A DNA stretch of 35,027 nt from a virus (taxonomy: Duplodnaviria > Caudoviricetes), in the IMG/VR virus record IMGVR_UViG_3300016472_000211, positions 1 through 35,027 of that record; one strand, given 5' to 3'. The notes under the pieces were generated by a model, which had not been told where the DNA came from, did not search any database, and saw only the letters and a program-made list of their open reading frames with translations. How positions within the stretch are numbered: the stretch's first letter is position 1; each line of letters begins with the position of its first letter. Position numbers and translations under genes: made by a program. Positions 6,727 through 16,623 of this stretch are shown here, in pieces.

Positions 6727-6917
6727 AGGCAGCCATCCCGCGCGCTGCGGACGGCGCGGATGCCGTCCTCGTACTCCTGCAGCGCGAGTCGCGCTTGTTC
6801 CGCCCGCAGCGCCGCACGCTCGACACGCTCTCGGGCCAGTTCGGCGCGGAGCTTCAGCAGGACGTGCCGGCGGTCGGCTTCGATCGCCAGGTCTACGATG
6901 CGCAGGAGGATGTTCAC
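6723..6917 (-). CDS. Small coiled-coil hypothetical protein
   Basis: GTG start coupled to an upstream 29-aa ORF (6914-7003); helical R/E/A/L-rich sequence. Confidence 0.55.
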   Translation of the reverse strand: MNILLRIVDLAIEADRRHVLLKLRAELARERVERAALRAEQARLALQEYEDGIRAVRSARDGCL

Positions 6918-7022
6918 GGCATCACGCCCGCGCCTAGGGCCGACCACGCGACGGGGAGGTCTGGCGGGTCGAACGGGGGCGGTGCTGTGGCGAGCGTGCT
7001 CATACGGCCATGATGCTACGAC

Positions 7023-7250
7023 TCAGCCCGAGCTGCCAGCCTGAGCCGCTCGGCCTGCGACGGCTCCGACGCAGCCTGAGATGCCAGCGACGACCGCGCC
7101 GAGCGTCGCGCCGTCTGCCTGGCCAGTGACGAGCGCCGCCACGCCCAGGACAGTGAGCCCGGCGATACCAGCGAGGCCGACGAGGACGGTGCGGCTCCAT
7201 CGCTCGCGCGACAGGACCAGGCGCCTCGGCTCTGCATGAGGGTCAGTCAC
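7023..7250 (-). CDS. Two-TM holin-like protein
   Basis: GTGA overlap with the fibre gene; two hydrophobic helices (VLVGLAGIAGLTVLGVAALV; TLGAVVAGISGCVGAVAG). Confidence 0.55.
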   Translation of the reverse strand: MTDPHAEPRRLVLSRERWSRTVLVGLAGIAGLTVLGVAALVTGQADGATLGAVVAGISGCVGAVAGRAAQAGSSG

Positions 7251-9526
7251 GGCCCGACAGACCCGCGCAATGCGCGCATCGTGTAGTCCACGGGCGCCTG
7301 ATTCCAGCCAGCACGCCACCGGATGGACGACACAGCGACCGCATCGACGTTGCCGCCGCTGCCGGGGCCTACGATGCGGCCGATGCGCAGCAGGCCCTCA
7401 TTGCCAGCCGTAAAGCTGGCCCATGGCGTCGAACTCAGGCCCGTCCAGATTCGGACTGGACCAGCCCAGACCTCAGTGTAGCTCGTGGCCGCCGTCGTGC
7501 CTGACGAGACACCATTCGCACATCGGATGGTGAGCCACAGACTGCGATTGGGGAGTCCGCCAGTCAGGACCAGCGAGGTCAGGCTCCCGGCCCCGCTCGA
7601 GGCCCAGAGGCCCGTCGAGGTCACCGCGGGGATGAACTGGTTTCCGCCGGCCGCCATGCAGAACGCGAACGCATGCACGATGTTCGCGCTCGTGCTGGCT
7701 GGCAGTTGGCACAGGACACGCAGCTCAAAAGACCCCGCGATGCTCATGCCCGTCACTGGAGCGAGCCCGCCGACTCCGGTGACGATGGTCTTGCTCATGT
7801 AGGCCGCGCCACTGTTCGCAGTCGGAGTCAGCAGGCGTGCGGTGTAGGCGCCAATCGTGGACGACGTGTCCGCGAGCGTCCCGGTCTTGGTCCACCCATC
7901 GGCCTCCATCGTGGTGCCGCTGGCGGCGCTCCACTCGTAATCCCACACGTCGGCGGCATAGGGCGATGAGCCGGGGAGGTTGGTCAGCAGCGAGCCGTCA
8001 ACCGCGGGCAGCCGGCCGGACCCGTCGAGGACCGGGACATTGCCCGAGCCCGTGCCCGTGTTGACGGTCGCCGCGGTGCCAAGCCCAAGCGTGGTGCGCG
8101 CCGTCGCTGCGTCTGCGTCGTCTAGGAGCGTGCGCGCAAACGCAGTCAGGGTCGCCAGCGCGCCGCTGCTCGCCCCGGTGTAGTAGGCGATTCGGTCGGC
8201 GGCAGGGGTCAGCCCGTTGATGGAGGTGAGCGGCGCTTTCAGCAGCGCGGCCCCATCCGCGTAATACGTCGTGGAGCCCGCAGCGTTCTGGAATCGGCCA
8301 TTGAGGATCGCACTGCTCACCGGCGCCGCAGCCAGTCCGGCCGAGTCGCTGATGAGCAGCCGCGTGGGCAGGGTGTTGTTCGTGATCGTGCTGCCCGGAT
8401 TGAACAAGCATCGGTCGAGGAGCAACAGACCCGTGAACCCCGCCGATACGGTCAGATTGCCCAGGGTGCAGCCGACGACGTAGATGGTTGCGCTGATTGC
8501 CCCGATGGTCAGGCCGCCCTCCAGCTGGCACTGCTCGATGCGATGCACACCGGCGCCGGTAGTCGAGATGGTGGTCAGCCCCTCGATCTGCAGCGACACG
8601 AGGCGCACGCGGACGGCATTGTTTCCGATGGTCAGACCGCGACCGCTGGACAGCGACGCAACAGTCCCGCCGAAGTCGCCAGCCTGCGGGCCGATGATGC
8701 TGATGTTGTTGCGTCCCGCCGGAATCGTGACCGTCGCGCCGCCGTAGGAGCCGGGGCCGACGATGACCTGATAGGCGGGTCCTGCGGTCGTCGCGTCGAT
8801 GGCCGTCTGGATGTCGCGAGTCGGCGAGCCGGCGATCGCCCCTGCCTGCGCATACTCGGAGAAGGTCTGCGACGGTAGCCGCTCGTATCGGTCGGTGAGC
8901 CCGGTGACCAGCGTCGTCCCAGCAGGGCCGACTGGCCCCTGGATACCCTGCTCGCCCTGGATACCCTGAGCGCCCTGGATACCCTGAGCGCCCTGCTCTC
9001 CCTGGATTCCCTGCTCACCCTGGATTCCTTGCTCGCCCTGGACGCCCTGCGGTCCCTGCTCGCCCTGGATACCCTGCGGTCCCTGGACACCGGCGACGCC
9101 CTCCAGATTGACCGACCAGCTCGCATAGGTGCCCGAGCCAGTGTGCTGCGACACGTCGACCACAAGCACGCCGGTCGCGGCGTCGTAGGACACCATCAGC
9201 CCGTGCATGTGATGGTCTAGGTCGTAGGCGATGATGATCGGCTGACCGACTGTGTAGTCGAGGTCCAGATCTACGGTCAGGGTCTGCGTCCCGTTCGCCA
9301 GGGTGAGCGAGGTCGTGCTCGTCGTGGCGTATCGGTCGCCATCGGCACCAGGAGTGCCGGCGATGCCCTGCTCACCCTGGACACCCTGAATGCCCTGGAC
9401 GCCCTGAATACCCTGGTGCCCCTGCTCGCCCTGGACGCCCTGGATTCCCTGCGGACCAGCAGGGCCGGCAGGCCCGGCAGGACCGACGCCGCCTCGGAGC
9501 GTGCTGTAGCCTGGTGACGTGGACAT
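7247..9526 (-). CDS. Collagen-like tail fibre / receptor-binding protein
   Basis: Two Gly-X-Y blocks (GIQGEQ repeats), beta-helix-like middle, fibre motif [20 protein letters not shown], beta-rich C-terminal domain. Confidence 0.82.
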   Translation of the reverse strand: MSTSPGYSTLRGGVGPAGPAGPAGPQGIQGVQGEQGHQGIQGVQGIQGVQGEQGIAGTPGADGDRYATTSTTSLTLANGTQTLTVDLDLDYTVGQPIIIAYDLDHHMHGLMVSYDAATGVLVVDVSQHTGSGTYASWSVNLEGVAGVQGPQGIQGEQGPQGVQGEQGIQGEQGIQGEQGAQGIQGAQGIQGEQGIQGPVGPAGTTLVTGLTDRYERLPSQTFSEYAQAGAIAGSPTRDIQTAIDATTAGPAYQVIVGPGSYGGATVTIPAGRNNISIIGPQAGDFGGTVASLSSGRGLTIGNNAVRVRLVSLQIEGLTTISTTGAGVHRIEQCQLEGGLTIGAISATIYVVGCTLGNLTVSAGFTGLLLLDRCLFNPGSTITNNTLPTRLLISDSAGLAAAPVSSAILNGRFQNAAGSTTYYADGAALLKAPLTSINGLTPAADRIAYYTGASSGALATLTAFARTLLDDADAATARTTLGLGTAATVNTGTGSGNVPVLDGSGRLPAVDGSLLTNLPGSSPYAADVWDYEWSAASGTTMEADGWTKTGTLADTSSTIGAYTARLLTPTANSGAAYMSKTIVTGVGGLAPVTGMSIAGSFELRVLCQLPASTSANIVHAFAFCMAAGGNQFIPAVTSTGLWASSGAGSLTSLVLTGGLPNRSLWLTIRCANGVSSGTTAATSYTEVWAGPVRIWTGLSSTPWASFTAGNEGLLRIGRIVGPGSGGNVDAVAVSSIRWRAGWNQAPVDYTMRALRGSVGP

Positions 9527-9538
9527 GAGCCTCTCCTA

Positions 9539-9907
9539 TCAGGTGGGCCAGAACGTGGCGGTGATGGTGCAGGTCGAGCCGACATCGCCCGCATATGCGA
9601 GCGTCGTGGCTCCGGTGCCGTAGAGCCCGAGCGTCAGGCTCTCGCCGTGTGCGATCTCGACCGCGCCCTGTACCGTCGCAGGCGACTCGGTCGTCAGGTC
9701 GCTCCGACCAGAGATCCAGACGGACCCGGACGCGCTGGAGTTGCGCACGATCACCACGACGAGGCGCCGGTTGGCCGCCAGCGCCAGGCCAGACGCGAAC
9801 GAGAAGAAGTCATCGGACGCGGTCGTCGTCCAGTCGGTCGAGCTGATGGTGATCGGGAGGAGTGACGCGCACTCGCTGCCGTCGATGTCGGGGATGCTGC
9901 TTGGCAT
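9539..9907 (-). CDS. Small beta-rich virion-associated hypothetical protein
   Basis: ATG after GAGGT; motif VIVRNSSASGSVWI...IAHGESLTL; adjacent to the fibre gene. Confidence 0.6.
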   Translation of the reverse strand: MPSSIPDIDGSECASLLPITISSTDWTTTASDDFFSFASGLALAANRRLVVVIVRNSSASGSVWISGRSDLTTESPATVQGAVEIAHGESLTLGLYGTGATTLAYAGDVGSTCTITATFWPT

Positions 9908-9909
9908 GT

Positions 9910-10398
9910 CTACCTCGGGGGGATGAGTCGTTGTTCGCGTGCAAGACCGCTGGGGCGGAAGTCGATGTGCACGAACCGGCCGGTCACTAGGCCTGGATTG
10001 GCCACGTCCGGCGGATACCAGAACAGGCCGCCAGGTGGCAGTCGCCCGTCTCTCTGCGCTGCGTCGAGGCGGCGGAATACCTCGTCGCATGGCAGGCCCG
10101 ACGCCACGAAGTCGAGCGCGGCGCCCCGTCGCTCAGGTGGCTCGCGCATGAATCGCATGGTTGCCACCGCGCGCTGCACAGGTGGCAGGTGCATCGACGA
10201 TGCCCGGCCGCCCTCATTGTGCTCGGCAGGCCTGGCGCCGCTCAGGCAGCGCATCGGGACACCGAGCAGCGCTCGCGCCGGCTCCAGCACATGCACGGCG
10301 AGGTACTGATACCGCGCCAGCTCGCCGGCCGGGTCGTCAGGCCACCAGCCGCGCCCGAGCGTAAGCTCGCCGGCGCTAAAGTGCGGCGACACCATCAT
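9910..10398 (-). CDS. Peptidase M15-family endolysin
   Basis: SPHFSAGEL, LEPAR..LGVP..LSG.R, SSMHL, A.D and FVHID Zn-peptidase motifs. Confidence 0.8.
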   Translation of the reverse strand: MMVSPHFSAGELTLGRGWWPDDPAGELARYQYLAVHVLEPARALLGVPMRCLSGARPAEHNEGGRASSMHLPPVQRAVATMRFMREPPERRGAALDFVASGLPCDEVFRRLDAAQRDGRLPPGGLFWYPPDVANPGLVTGRFVHIDFRPSGLAREQRLIPPR

Positions 10399-10622
10399 AG
10401 GCTACAACATAGGCTACAACTTGCTGATGACGCTACATCGCGACCGTGCGCGGTCATCTCCCATGAGGTGCCACGCGGTCGGATGCACCCGGCCGCATAG
10501 AGCGACTCGGCGGCGGTCATGCCAGGTGGCTCGCCGTGCTGCATGCGTAGCAGTGCGCGACGAGCATCCGGGCCAAGCTCGCGCCAGGTCAGGACGGCAT
10601 CGATGATGAGCGGCTGCGACAT
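10395..10622 (-). CDS. Small winged-helix-like hypothetical protein
   Basis: LGPDARRALL...SLYAAGCI...WEMTAHGR. ATGA coupled to the endolysin. Possible extended -10 TGcTACCGT at 10637-10629. Confidence 0.5.
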   Translation of the reverse strand: MSQPLIIDAVLTWRELGPDARRALLRMQHGEPPGMTAAESLYAAGCIRPRGTSWEMTAHGRDVASSASCSLCCSL

Positions 10623-10660
10623 GATGGCACGGTAGCACGCACGCCATGGGCGCGCACCTG

Positions 10661-13660
10661 TCAGGCGATGATCTGACCCGGGTCGGATACGTCGAGCACT
10701 CCAGCGTCGGCTAGATACGCCTGGCCCTGCTGCGACGTGGTGACGGTCGTGTAGGCGTCGGCGTGGATGATGTCGCCTGGAGCAGCGCCGTGAGGAGCTG
10801 CGAACACGAGCCGATTGAGCGCCGTGTTGACGGTCGCGATCTTGCAGGCTGTCCTGGCGGACCATGCCCCGGGCGTGAAGACGACGACGTAGTCGCCACT
10901 TGTGAAGCACTGAATGTCGGCGTCGCTGTAGTCGTCGGGCTCGATCTGCAGCACCGTCGGCGAGAGCACGCTGTGGACGGTCGCGCTCTGCGCCCAGCCG
11001 CCAGCGATACCGCCATAGGGCCGCAGTTCGAGGCGCAGGGTGTTCTCGACGAGGTCGCGTCGCATGCCGACGACGCGGCAGAGCGTATTCGACGCGGTCG
11101 TCGTCGGGTCGATGCCGATAGCCCATGTCGACGTGAGGCGCACGATGGAGCCGAGGCCCAGTCGGATGGCGTCCGGTTTGTCGGCTCTGATGGTCATCAC
11201 CCACCGCAGTCGCGGCGAACCGATGCGCGCTCTGATGTCGCTGACAAGCTCGGCGGCGGCGGCTGCTCGACCGCCGGCCGATGCAATCTGGACCCCTGGC
11301 AGGTCGAGCACGAGCGGCTGACCAGAGTCAGCGCCAGCGTCGTTGCGCTCGGTGCTCGTGTTGATCATGACCTCGTCGGGTTTGTCCGCACTGACCGCTG
11401 CGCGGTAATTGAGCCTGACCACATACGACCGCACGGTGCGCTGGTCGTAGACCACCGATACGGGCGCGCGGCCGCTCGTCACGACCAGGTCATCGTCGGA
11501 GATGGAGAGCACGACCTGGGTTGCGTCGGCTGCACTCATGGCGACGGGCTCGATCCGCCACACGCCATCGATGCCGATGACCTGCGCAATCTGGACGCCG
11601 CACGCGAGCATGAGTCCGGTTGTCTGCTCGCTGATCGTCTTGCCCCGGAGGGCCTCGTACCGCTGACCACTCAGGGCAGGCGGCCCAACAAATCCGGCGA
11701 ATGCGGTGTAGCGCACGCCCGTCCCTGGCAGGTTCGCGCCGATGGGCAGGCTGTCGGCGAGGCCGTTGTCGCGATTGCCGACGCCCGACATGAGCAGCGA
11801 GGCCACGTACTCCATCGGCTCGCTGCCGTAGGCGGCGGCCACCACCTGGCAGGTCAGCGGCGGGTCATCCTCGAGCGAGAGCACGCACGGTGCAGAGTCG
11901 GGCTCCTGGACCTCGTACCAATAGACCGTGTCGCCCGTGGTCGGGTGCGTGTCGCTGATGCTGCCAGTGATCCAGATACGGACGGGCGTCTCTCCCGAGC
12001 CTGTGATCTCTAGTAGCTGCGGCGTGCCGCTGCCGGTGTAGACGTCATCCTGCCACGGGCCGATGTACGGCTCGCCCGACTGATACCACCACCAGGCCGG
12101 CCCCTGGTGCGGGTAGTGATTGAGGTCGGGGTCGCCGACTCGGTTTCCGACGACCGTGATTGCTCGGTCCTCGCGCACGATGGCGCGCTGTGGCAGCCGC
12201 CGTGAGCGTACCTGTGCATCCGTCTCGCCGATGAGCCAGCCAGCCCGGCATGCTCGACCGCCACGCACCCATGCGACCTCGGCAGGCCATGTGATGCTTT
12301 CCTCCGTGAGATAGGCCCACACGTCCCACTCGGCACCTGGCCTACTGAGTTGCGCCCGCGCATCTCGCGGCTGGAGCCCGAGCGCGTCGGGGTCGGACCA
12401 GCACGCCACGGTGGTCTGCCAGGCCTGCGGCTCGTTGACGACGGCGAGCAGCCGGTCGGGCCAGGCTACGACCTCGGACGTAAGCGCCGGGTCGAGCAGC
12501 CTGAGCGGAGAGTGGACTCCAACGTCGCCGCTGATGTAGACGGTATCCCTGCCCGCTGCCAGAGCGGCCGCGAACTGTGTCACCTGAGCGCCGCCTGGCT
12601 CCAGTAGCAGGTCCGGCGACGTGTAGCCAATCGGATTGCCCTGGATTGGGTTGGGGCGGTCGACCGATGCCGTCACCAGGCGCACGCTGCTGAGGGTCGC
12701 GATGATCGCCTGTGAGGTCGCGTCGAGCGTGACGGCGCCTGATGCGATGTTGACGGCGGTCATCGTCAGCGGGATGCGCCGGAGCGAGTACGACACGATC
12801 CAGTCCACGGTGTCGGCGATGCCAGTCGTCAGCAGATGCGCGCCCGGTACGCTCGTCGTCGAGCGCGCCTCGGTGCCGACGCCGAGCCGGTAGCTCATGG
12901 CGGCAGTGAGCGGGGCAATCCGCAGGCTGATGGTCCGTCCGTCGTAGGTCGGTGCCGAGTCCAGCAGCCCGGCCCAATACTGGACCCACCCGAGCGCCGA
13001 GCCCGCCTCGTCGAGCGCGCTGACGTAGATGGTCGCTCGGCGACCGCGCCAGGTCGTAACCTCGCTCGTCACCCATGGCTGCTCGCCCTGGGTCGGATTG
13101 ACGGCGTGCGTCTGCGTCGCCCAGAGGTCAGCGCCACGGGTCGCGCCGACGAACCAGTATCCGCCGACCGTGCTGGTCGACGTAGCCCACAGGACCTCCT
13201 GACCGATGTGGATCGGACCTGGAGTCGTCCAGCCGCTGACGTCCGACGCGACCTGGATATCGACCGGGCCTGAGCCGGCGCCGGCGTGGTCGAGTGGCGA
13301 CACGAGCTTGACTCTCTGCGTCGCGGCAGTCCTGCCTGCGACGCGCAACAGCATGGACATCGGGTCGACCGTGGCGCCAGTATCAGCGCGACGCGCACCG
13401 TAGGCGAGCACGGACACCTCGACCGGCGACTGCGACGCGACCGGCGACACGTCGTCGAGCGTGCCATCGATGGGTCCGACGTCGAGTACGGCGTCGATGA
13501 GGTCGACCGGCGACTGCACGAGCGCCCCGGTGTAGTCGTACAGCCGGCCATCGATGACCGATGCACCAGGGCCGACTGAGGAGCACAGCCGGAACGGTAG
13601 ACCGTCGACCTGGATACACCAGGCCACGCGGCGGCGGTCAAGGTACGTCCACGACGACAT
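10661..13660 (-). CDS. Large tail tip/hub protein (999 aa)
   Basis: Size and position after the tape measure and distal-tail genes; beta-rich. Confidence 0.65.
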   Translation of the reverse strand: MSSWTYLDRRRVAWCIQVDGLPFRLCSSVGPGASVIDGRLYDYTGALVQSPVDLIDAVLDVGPIDGTLDDVSPVASQSPVEVSVLAYGARRADTGATVDPMSMLLRVAGRTAATQRVKLVSPLDHAGAGSGPVDIQVASDVSGWTTPGPIHIGQEVLWATSTSTVGGYWFVGATRGADLWATQTHAVNPTQGEQPWVTSEVTTWRGRRATIYVSALDEAGSALGWVQYWAGLLDSAPTYDGRTISLRIAPLTAAMSYRLGVGTEARSTTSVPGAHLLTTGIADTVDWIVSYSLRRIPLTMTAVNIASGAVTLDATSQAIIATLSSVRLVTASVDRPNPIQGNPIGYTSPDLLLEPGGAQVTQFAAALAAGRDTVYISGDVGVHSPLRLLDPALTSEVVAWPDRLLAVVNEPQAWQTTVACWSDPDALGLQPRDARAQLSRPGAEWDVWAYLTEESITWPAEVAWVRGGRACRAGWLIGETDAQVRSRRLPQRAIVREDRAITVVGNRVGDPDLNHYPHQGPAWWWYQSGEPYIGPWQDDVYTGSGTPQLLEITGSGETPVRIWITGSISDTHPTTGDTVYWYEVQEPDSAPCVLSLEDDPPLTCQVVAAAYGSEPMEYVASLLMSGVGNRDNGLADSLPIGANLPGTGVRYTAFAGFVGPPALSGQRYEALRGKTISEQTTGLMLACGVQIAQVIGIDGVWRIEPVAMSAADATQVVLSISDDDLVVTSGRAPVSVVYDQRTVRSYVVRLNYRAAVSADKPDEVMINTSTERNDAGADSGQPLVLDLPGVQIASAGGRAAAAAELVSDIRARIGSPRLRWVMTIRADKPDAIRLGLGSIVRLTSTWAIGIDPTTTASNTLCRVVGMRRDLVENTLRLELRPYGGIAGGWAQSATVHSVLSPTVLQIEPDDYSDADIQCFTSGDYVVVFTPGAWSARTACKIATVNTALNRLVFAAPHGAAPGDIIHADAYTTVTTSQQGQAYLADAGVLDVSDPGQIIA

Positions 13661-14289
13661 CAGATTGCCTCCGGTGGCAGTGGGATGACGCAGAGCGAGA
13701 CGAGCGTCGCACGCAGCGAGGACACTCGAATGAGCACGATGGAGTCCTCGTTGCCGCCGACGTACATGCGACGAGGTCCGCTCGGCGTCGCCGCGACCGG
13801 GTCGAGCGTCGAGAATCGCGCGCCGCTCTCGATGACGTAGGGCCGCAGGACGTCGTAGTGCTCGGTGCCGACCTCACGACCGGGCAGCGTGCCAGCGTCG
13901 AGGGTCCAGGTCGCGCCGATGTCGATGGATGCGCCCGACTGCTGCTCGATGCTGATGGTCATCTCGGGGTGTGCAGTGCTCGGTGTCGGGCTGGAGAGCG
14001 CCACGCCGACCAGATGGAGCAGCTCGACTCCCGGCGGGCAGAAGTACGGCACGACGATAGAGCCGAAAAAGGCCGGCTCCTGGCTACGCCAGCCAACATC
14101 CCGATTCGCGCCGCTGGCGTAGCTCGCGGACTGGTAGACCGACGCGGGCGCGAATCCGCGCGCCTGGATACCTGTGAGATGATTGAGCGCGTTGGCTGCG
14201 CCGAGCAGTTGTCGCGCGGTGACAGCCTGCCACGCCACGACACTCGCCGCTGGTGGCGGTGCCCACAGAGGAGAGACTGGCGAGCCCAT
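13660..14289 (-). CDS. Minor tail protein
   Basis: Position in the tail module; tight coupling to neighbours. Confidence 0.55.
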   Translation of the reverse strand: MGSPVSPLWAPPPAASVVAWQAVTARQLLGAANALNHLTGIQARGFAPASVYQSASYASGANRDVGWRSQEPAFFGSIVVPYFCPPGVELLHLVGVALSSPTPSTAHPEMTISIEQQSGASIDIGATWTLDAGTLPGREVGTEHYDVLRPYVIESGARFSTLDPVAATPSGPRRMYVGGNEDSIVLIRVSSLRATLVSLCVIPLPPEAI

Positions 14290-14290
14290 G

Positions 14291-15379
14291 TCAGACGCCC
14301 CACATGCAGATGGACATGATGCTGCGGGACGACAGCTGGTCAGGCGTCTCGCCCTGCACCCGCGACCACTCGTCGACCGCTCCTGCGCGTGACGGCTCGG
14401 GCCATACGCTGACGAGGATGGACTCCCACCCGGCGGGCATGTTGCGCGCGGTGCTCCGCTGCGTTGGCAGCCTAATCGATCCAGTCACCCACACCACGGA
14501 CGCCCCGACAGGGACTGAGATGGCCGTCGAACGAAAGAACGGATCGCTGGTCGAGCCCTGGCAGTGGACGACGATGGTCTGCGGCAGCGTGCCCTGCTGC
14601 ACGCGGACGTGGATCTCACACGTCCAGTCCTCGCGCGCCGTGTCGGCCCATACGAGCATCGGCATCACATGAGGCCATGCCACCATGTACCGTGACTGCG
14701 GGTCGGTCAGGGCCTCGTGTGCGAACCCGGACCAGGACCAGTAGACGTGCGGCGCTCCCTCTCTCATCGTCGGCAGACTGGAGAGCAGGCGCCGCCCCTG
14801 CTCGGCATTCAGCGATTGGTCAATGCTTAGCTCGGAGCCGTCGAACGGCTCGACCCAGTACGGCGACGTGAGCGCGGCCTCTGGCGGCAGCATCACGAGC
14901 ACTGCGCCGACCTGGATAGTAGCAGGAGCCGCGCCGACGTCGAGGTACATGCGGATCGTCTCGTAGCCCGCCGCCGTGTCGATGGTGAGCGAGGCCTGCA
15001 CGAGCGACCAGCTGTTGCCGATGGCCGTCGTCACGCTGTCGCCAGCGGCCACACTGTCCCATCGGACGGTCGACGTGATGGCCGTGCTGATGGCGTAGAG
15101 GTAGCACTCGACCGAGGTCGCGACCCGCGTCGCCGGGATGCGCCACTCGGCGACCTGGCGCTGGGTCGTGTCCGTGTAGATGCAGACCGACTGACCAGGA
15201 GCCGAGGCGCCCTCGACGGGGTACACCTGGAGCACGCGCGGCGTCGCCGAGCCGAGGCGACTCGCGAGCCAGTTAGCCGCTTCGCCAAGCGGCGAGATGC
15301 TCTGCGAGTCGAGCGACTGGCCAGAGAGCAGCAGCCCGACATCGGGCACGACTGGTGCGGCGGGGATGCTATTCGCCAC
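14291..15379 (-). CDS. Minor tail protein
   Basis: Position; GTG start overlapping the previous gene end; beta-rich. Confidence 0.55.
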   Translation of the reverse strand: MANSIPAAPVVPDVGLLLSGQSLDSQSISPLGEAANWLASRLGSATPRVLQVYPVEGASAPGQSVCIYTDTTQRQVAEWRIPATRVATSVECYLYAISTAITSTVRWDSVAAGDSVTTAIGNSWSLVQASLTIDTAAGYETIRMYLDVGAAPATIQVGAVLVMLPPEAALTSPYWVEPFDGSELSIDQSLNAEQGRRLLSSLPTMREGAPHVYWSWSGFAHEALTDPQSRYMVAWPHVMPMLVWADTAREDWTCEIHVRVQQGTLPQTIVVHCQGSTSDPFFRSTAISVPVGASVVWVTGSIRLPTQRSTARNMPAGWESILVSVWPEPSRAGAVDEWSRVQGETPDQLSSRSIMSICMWGV

Positions 15380-16622
15380 GTGGCATCCTTCGGAGCGTCG
15401 CTCCAATGCGTGTCACGACGCGCGGGACTCCGGTCGCGTAGGTCGTGGTCATGCGTCGGTCCATGCTCGTCGATGCCTGGCAGCGATGCCGCCCGGTGAT
15501 GCCGCCGACGTCGGAGCGGTAGACCGCCGACGCCGCCGCGACCTGCACGCCGTCTTCGACCTGGTCAGGGATGGAGTATCCGACGCGCGGGTCTGACCAC
15601 TGCGGACAGAGCGTCACCCTCACGCCCGGCGCCAGGAATGGCGCGACGCGAGCGTGGAACACCATCTCCTCGTCTGCATATCCAGCCTGCGCGATGGGAA
15701 CCCCGACGCCGCCCTGTAGCTGCGCCGACATCGTTAGCTCTCGCCACGTCGACACGAGGCGACCGGCGACGCGGCCTGACGACAGGTCGAGCGCGGAGCC
15801 CACTGTCTCCGTCGAGCGGTTCGCGACCTCGACGCCAGAGCGCATGATGAGCGTCCGTGGTGCGACGTAGCTTGCGGTCAGGCTACGCACACCCGCCGAA
15901 TCGACCTCTAACTCCAGTCCGTCGAAACCGAGCCAGCGCATGAACGCGGTATCGGTCCACGTCAGCGACCAGCCCGTCGCCGTCGGCCATGAGGCGACGA
16001 CTCGCCCGAACCCGTCGATGCACCATCGGATGCGGCGCGTGATGTTGTCGCGGGCGTCGTTAGTCCAGCGCTCGAGACACGAGGTCACGGCGTCGGCATC
16101 TCCGGTGCCAGGTGCCAGCATCACGGTCGGGATACCCTGGTGCGTGCCCCCATATAGTGCGGCATGGATGGAGGTCGCGCCTTTCGCAATCGTAAACTGC
16201 GTCGAACTGTCGAGATACGCAGTGCCTCTCGACCAGGGACTAGGTGCCGTCGCGACCTGCGCGCCTGCGGCGGCGACGCTGGTCACGACACCGCCCCATC
16301 CCCATGGATCAGACGCGCCTGGAGTGACGCTAAACGACCCCGAGCTGCCGCCGGTGAGTCGCACGTAGACCCGGCTCGCTGCATCGATGCCAGCAGACAG
16401 CGTGCCTGCGCCGCCCGCCGCAGTCCACTGCGCGGCAATCTGCGACGAGAGCGACCGAGCCGCCGACCAACCGTTCAGGAACGCGACGGCGTCTGGGTAG
16501 TGCGCCCCGTTGTGCATACTCGCAATGGCCGGGACTGCGACCACTGAGCCGCCGATAGTGAACACGGACACGCCAGCCCATGCCGATGCGTCGAGGCCTA
16601 CGAGGAGTGCTGCGACTGTCAT
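15369..16622 (-). CDS. Distal-tail-position protein
   Basis: First gene after the tape measure; Gly/Ser/Thr/Trp-rich. Confidence 0.55.
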   Translation of the reverse strand: MTVAALLVGLDASAWAGVSVFTIGGSVVAVPAIASMHNGAHYPDAVAFLNGWSAARSLSSQIAAQWTAAGGAGTLSAGIDAASRVYVRLTGGSSGSFSVTPGASDPWGWGGVVTSVAAAGAQVATAPSPWSRGTAYLDSSTQFTIAKGATSIHAALYGGTHQGIPTVMLAPGTGDADAVTSCLERWTNDARDNITRRIRWCIDGFGRVVASWPTATGWSLTWTDTAFMRWLGFDGLELEVDSAGVRSLTASYVAPRTLIMRSGVEVANRSTETVGSALDLSSGRVAGRLVSTWRELTMSAQLQGGVGVPIAQAGYADEEMVFHARVAPFLAPGVRVTLCPQWSDPRVGYSIPDQVEDGVQVAAASAVYRSDVGGITGRHRCQASTSMDRRMTTTYATGVPRVVTRIGATLRRMPRGE

Positions 16623-16623
16623 C

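Noticed and set aside
8920-9490. 9/18-bp DNA repeats as a CRISPR array or DGR repeat
   Set aside because: They encode collagen Gly-X-Y triplets; no unique spacers, cas genes or reverse transcriptase in the window.
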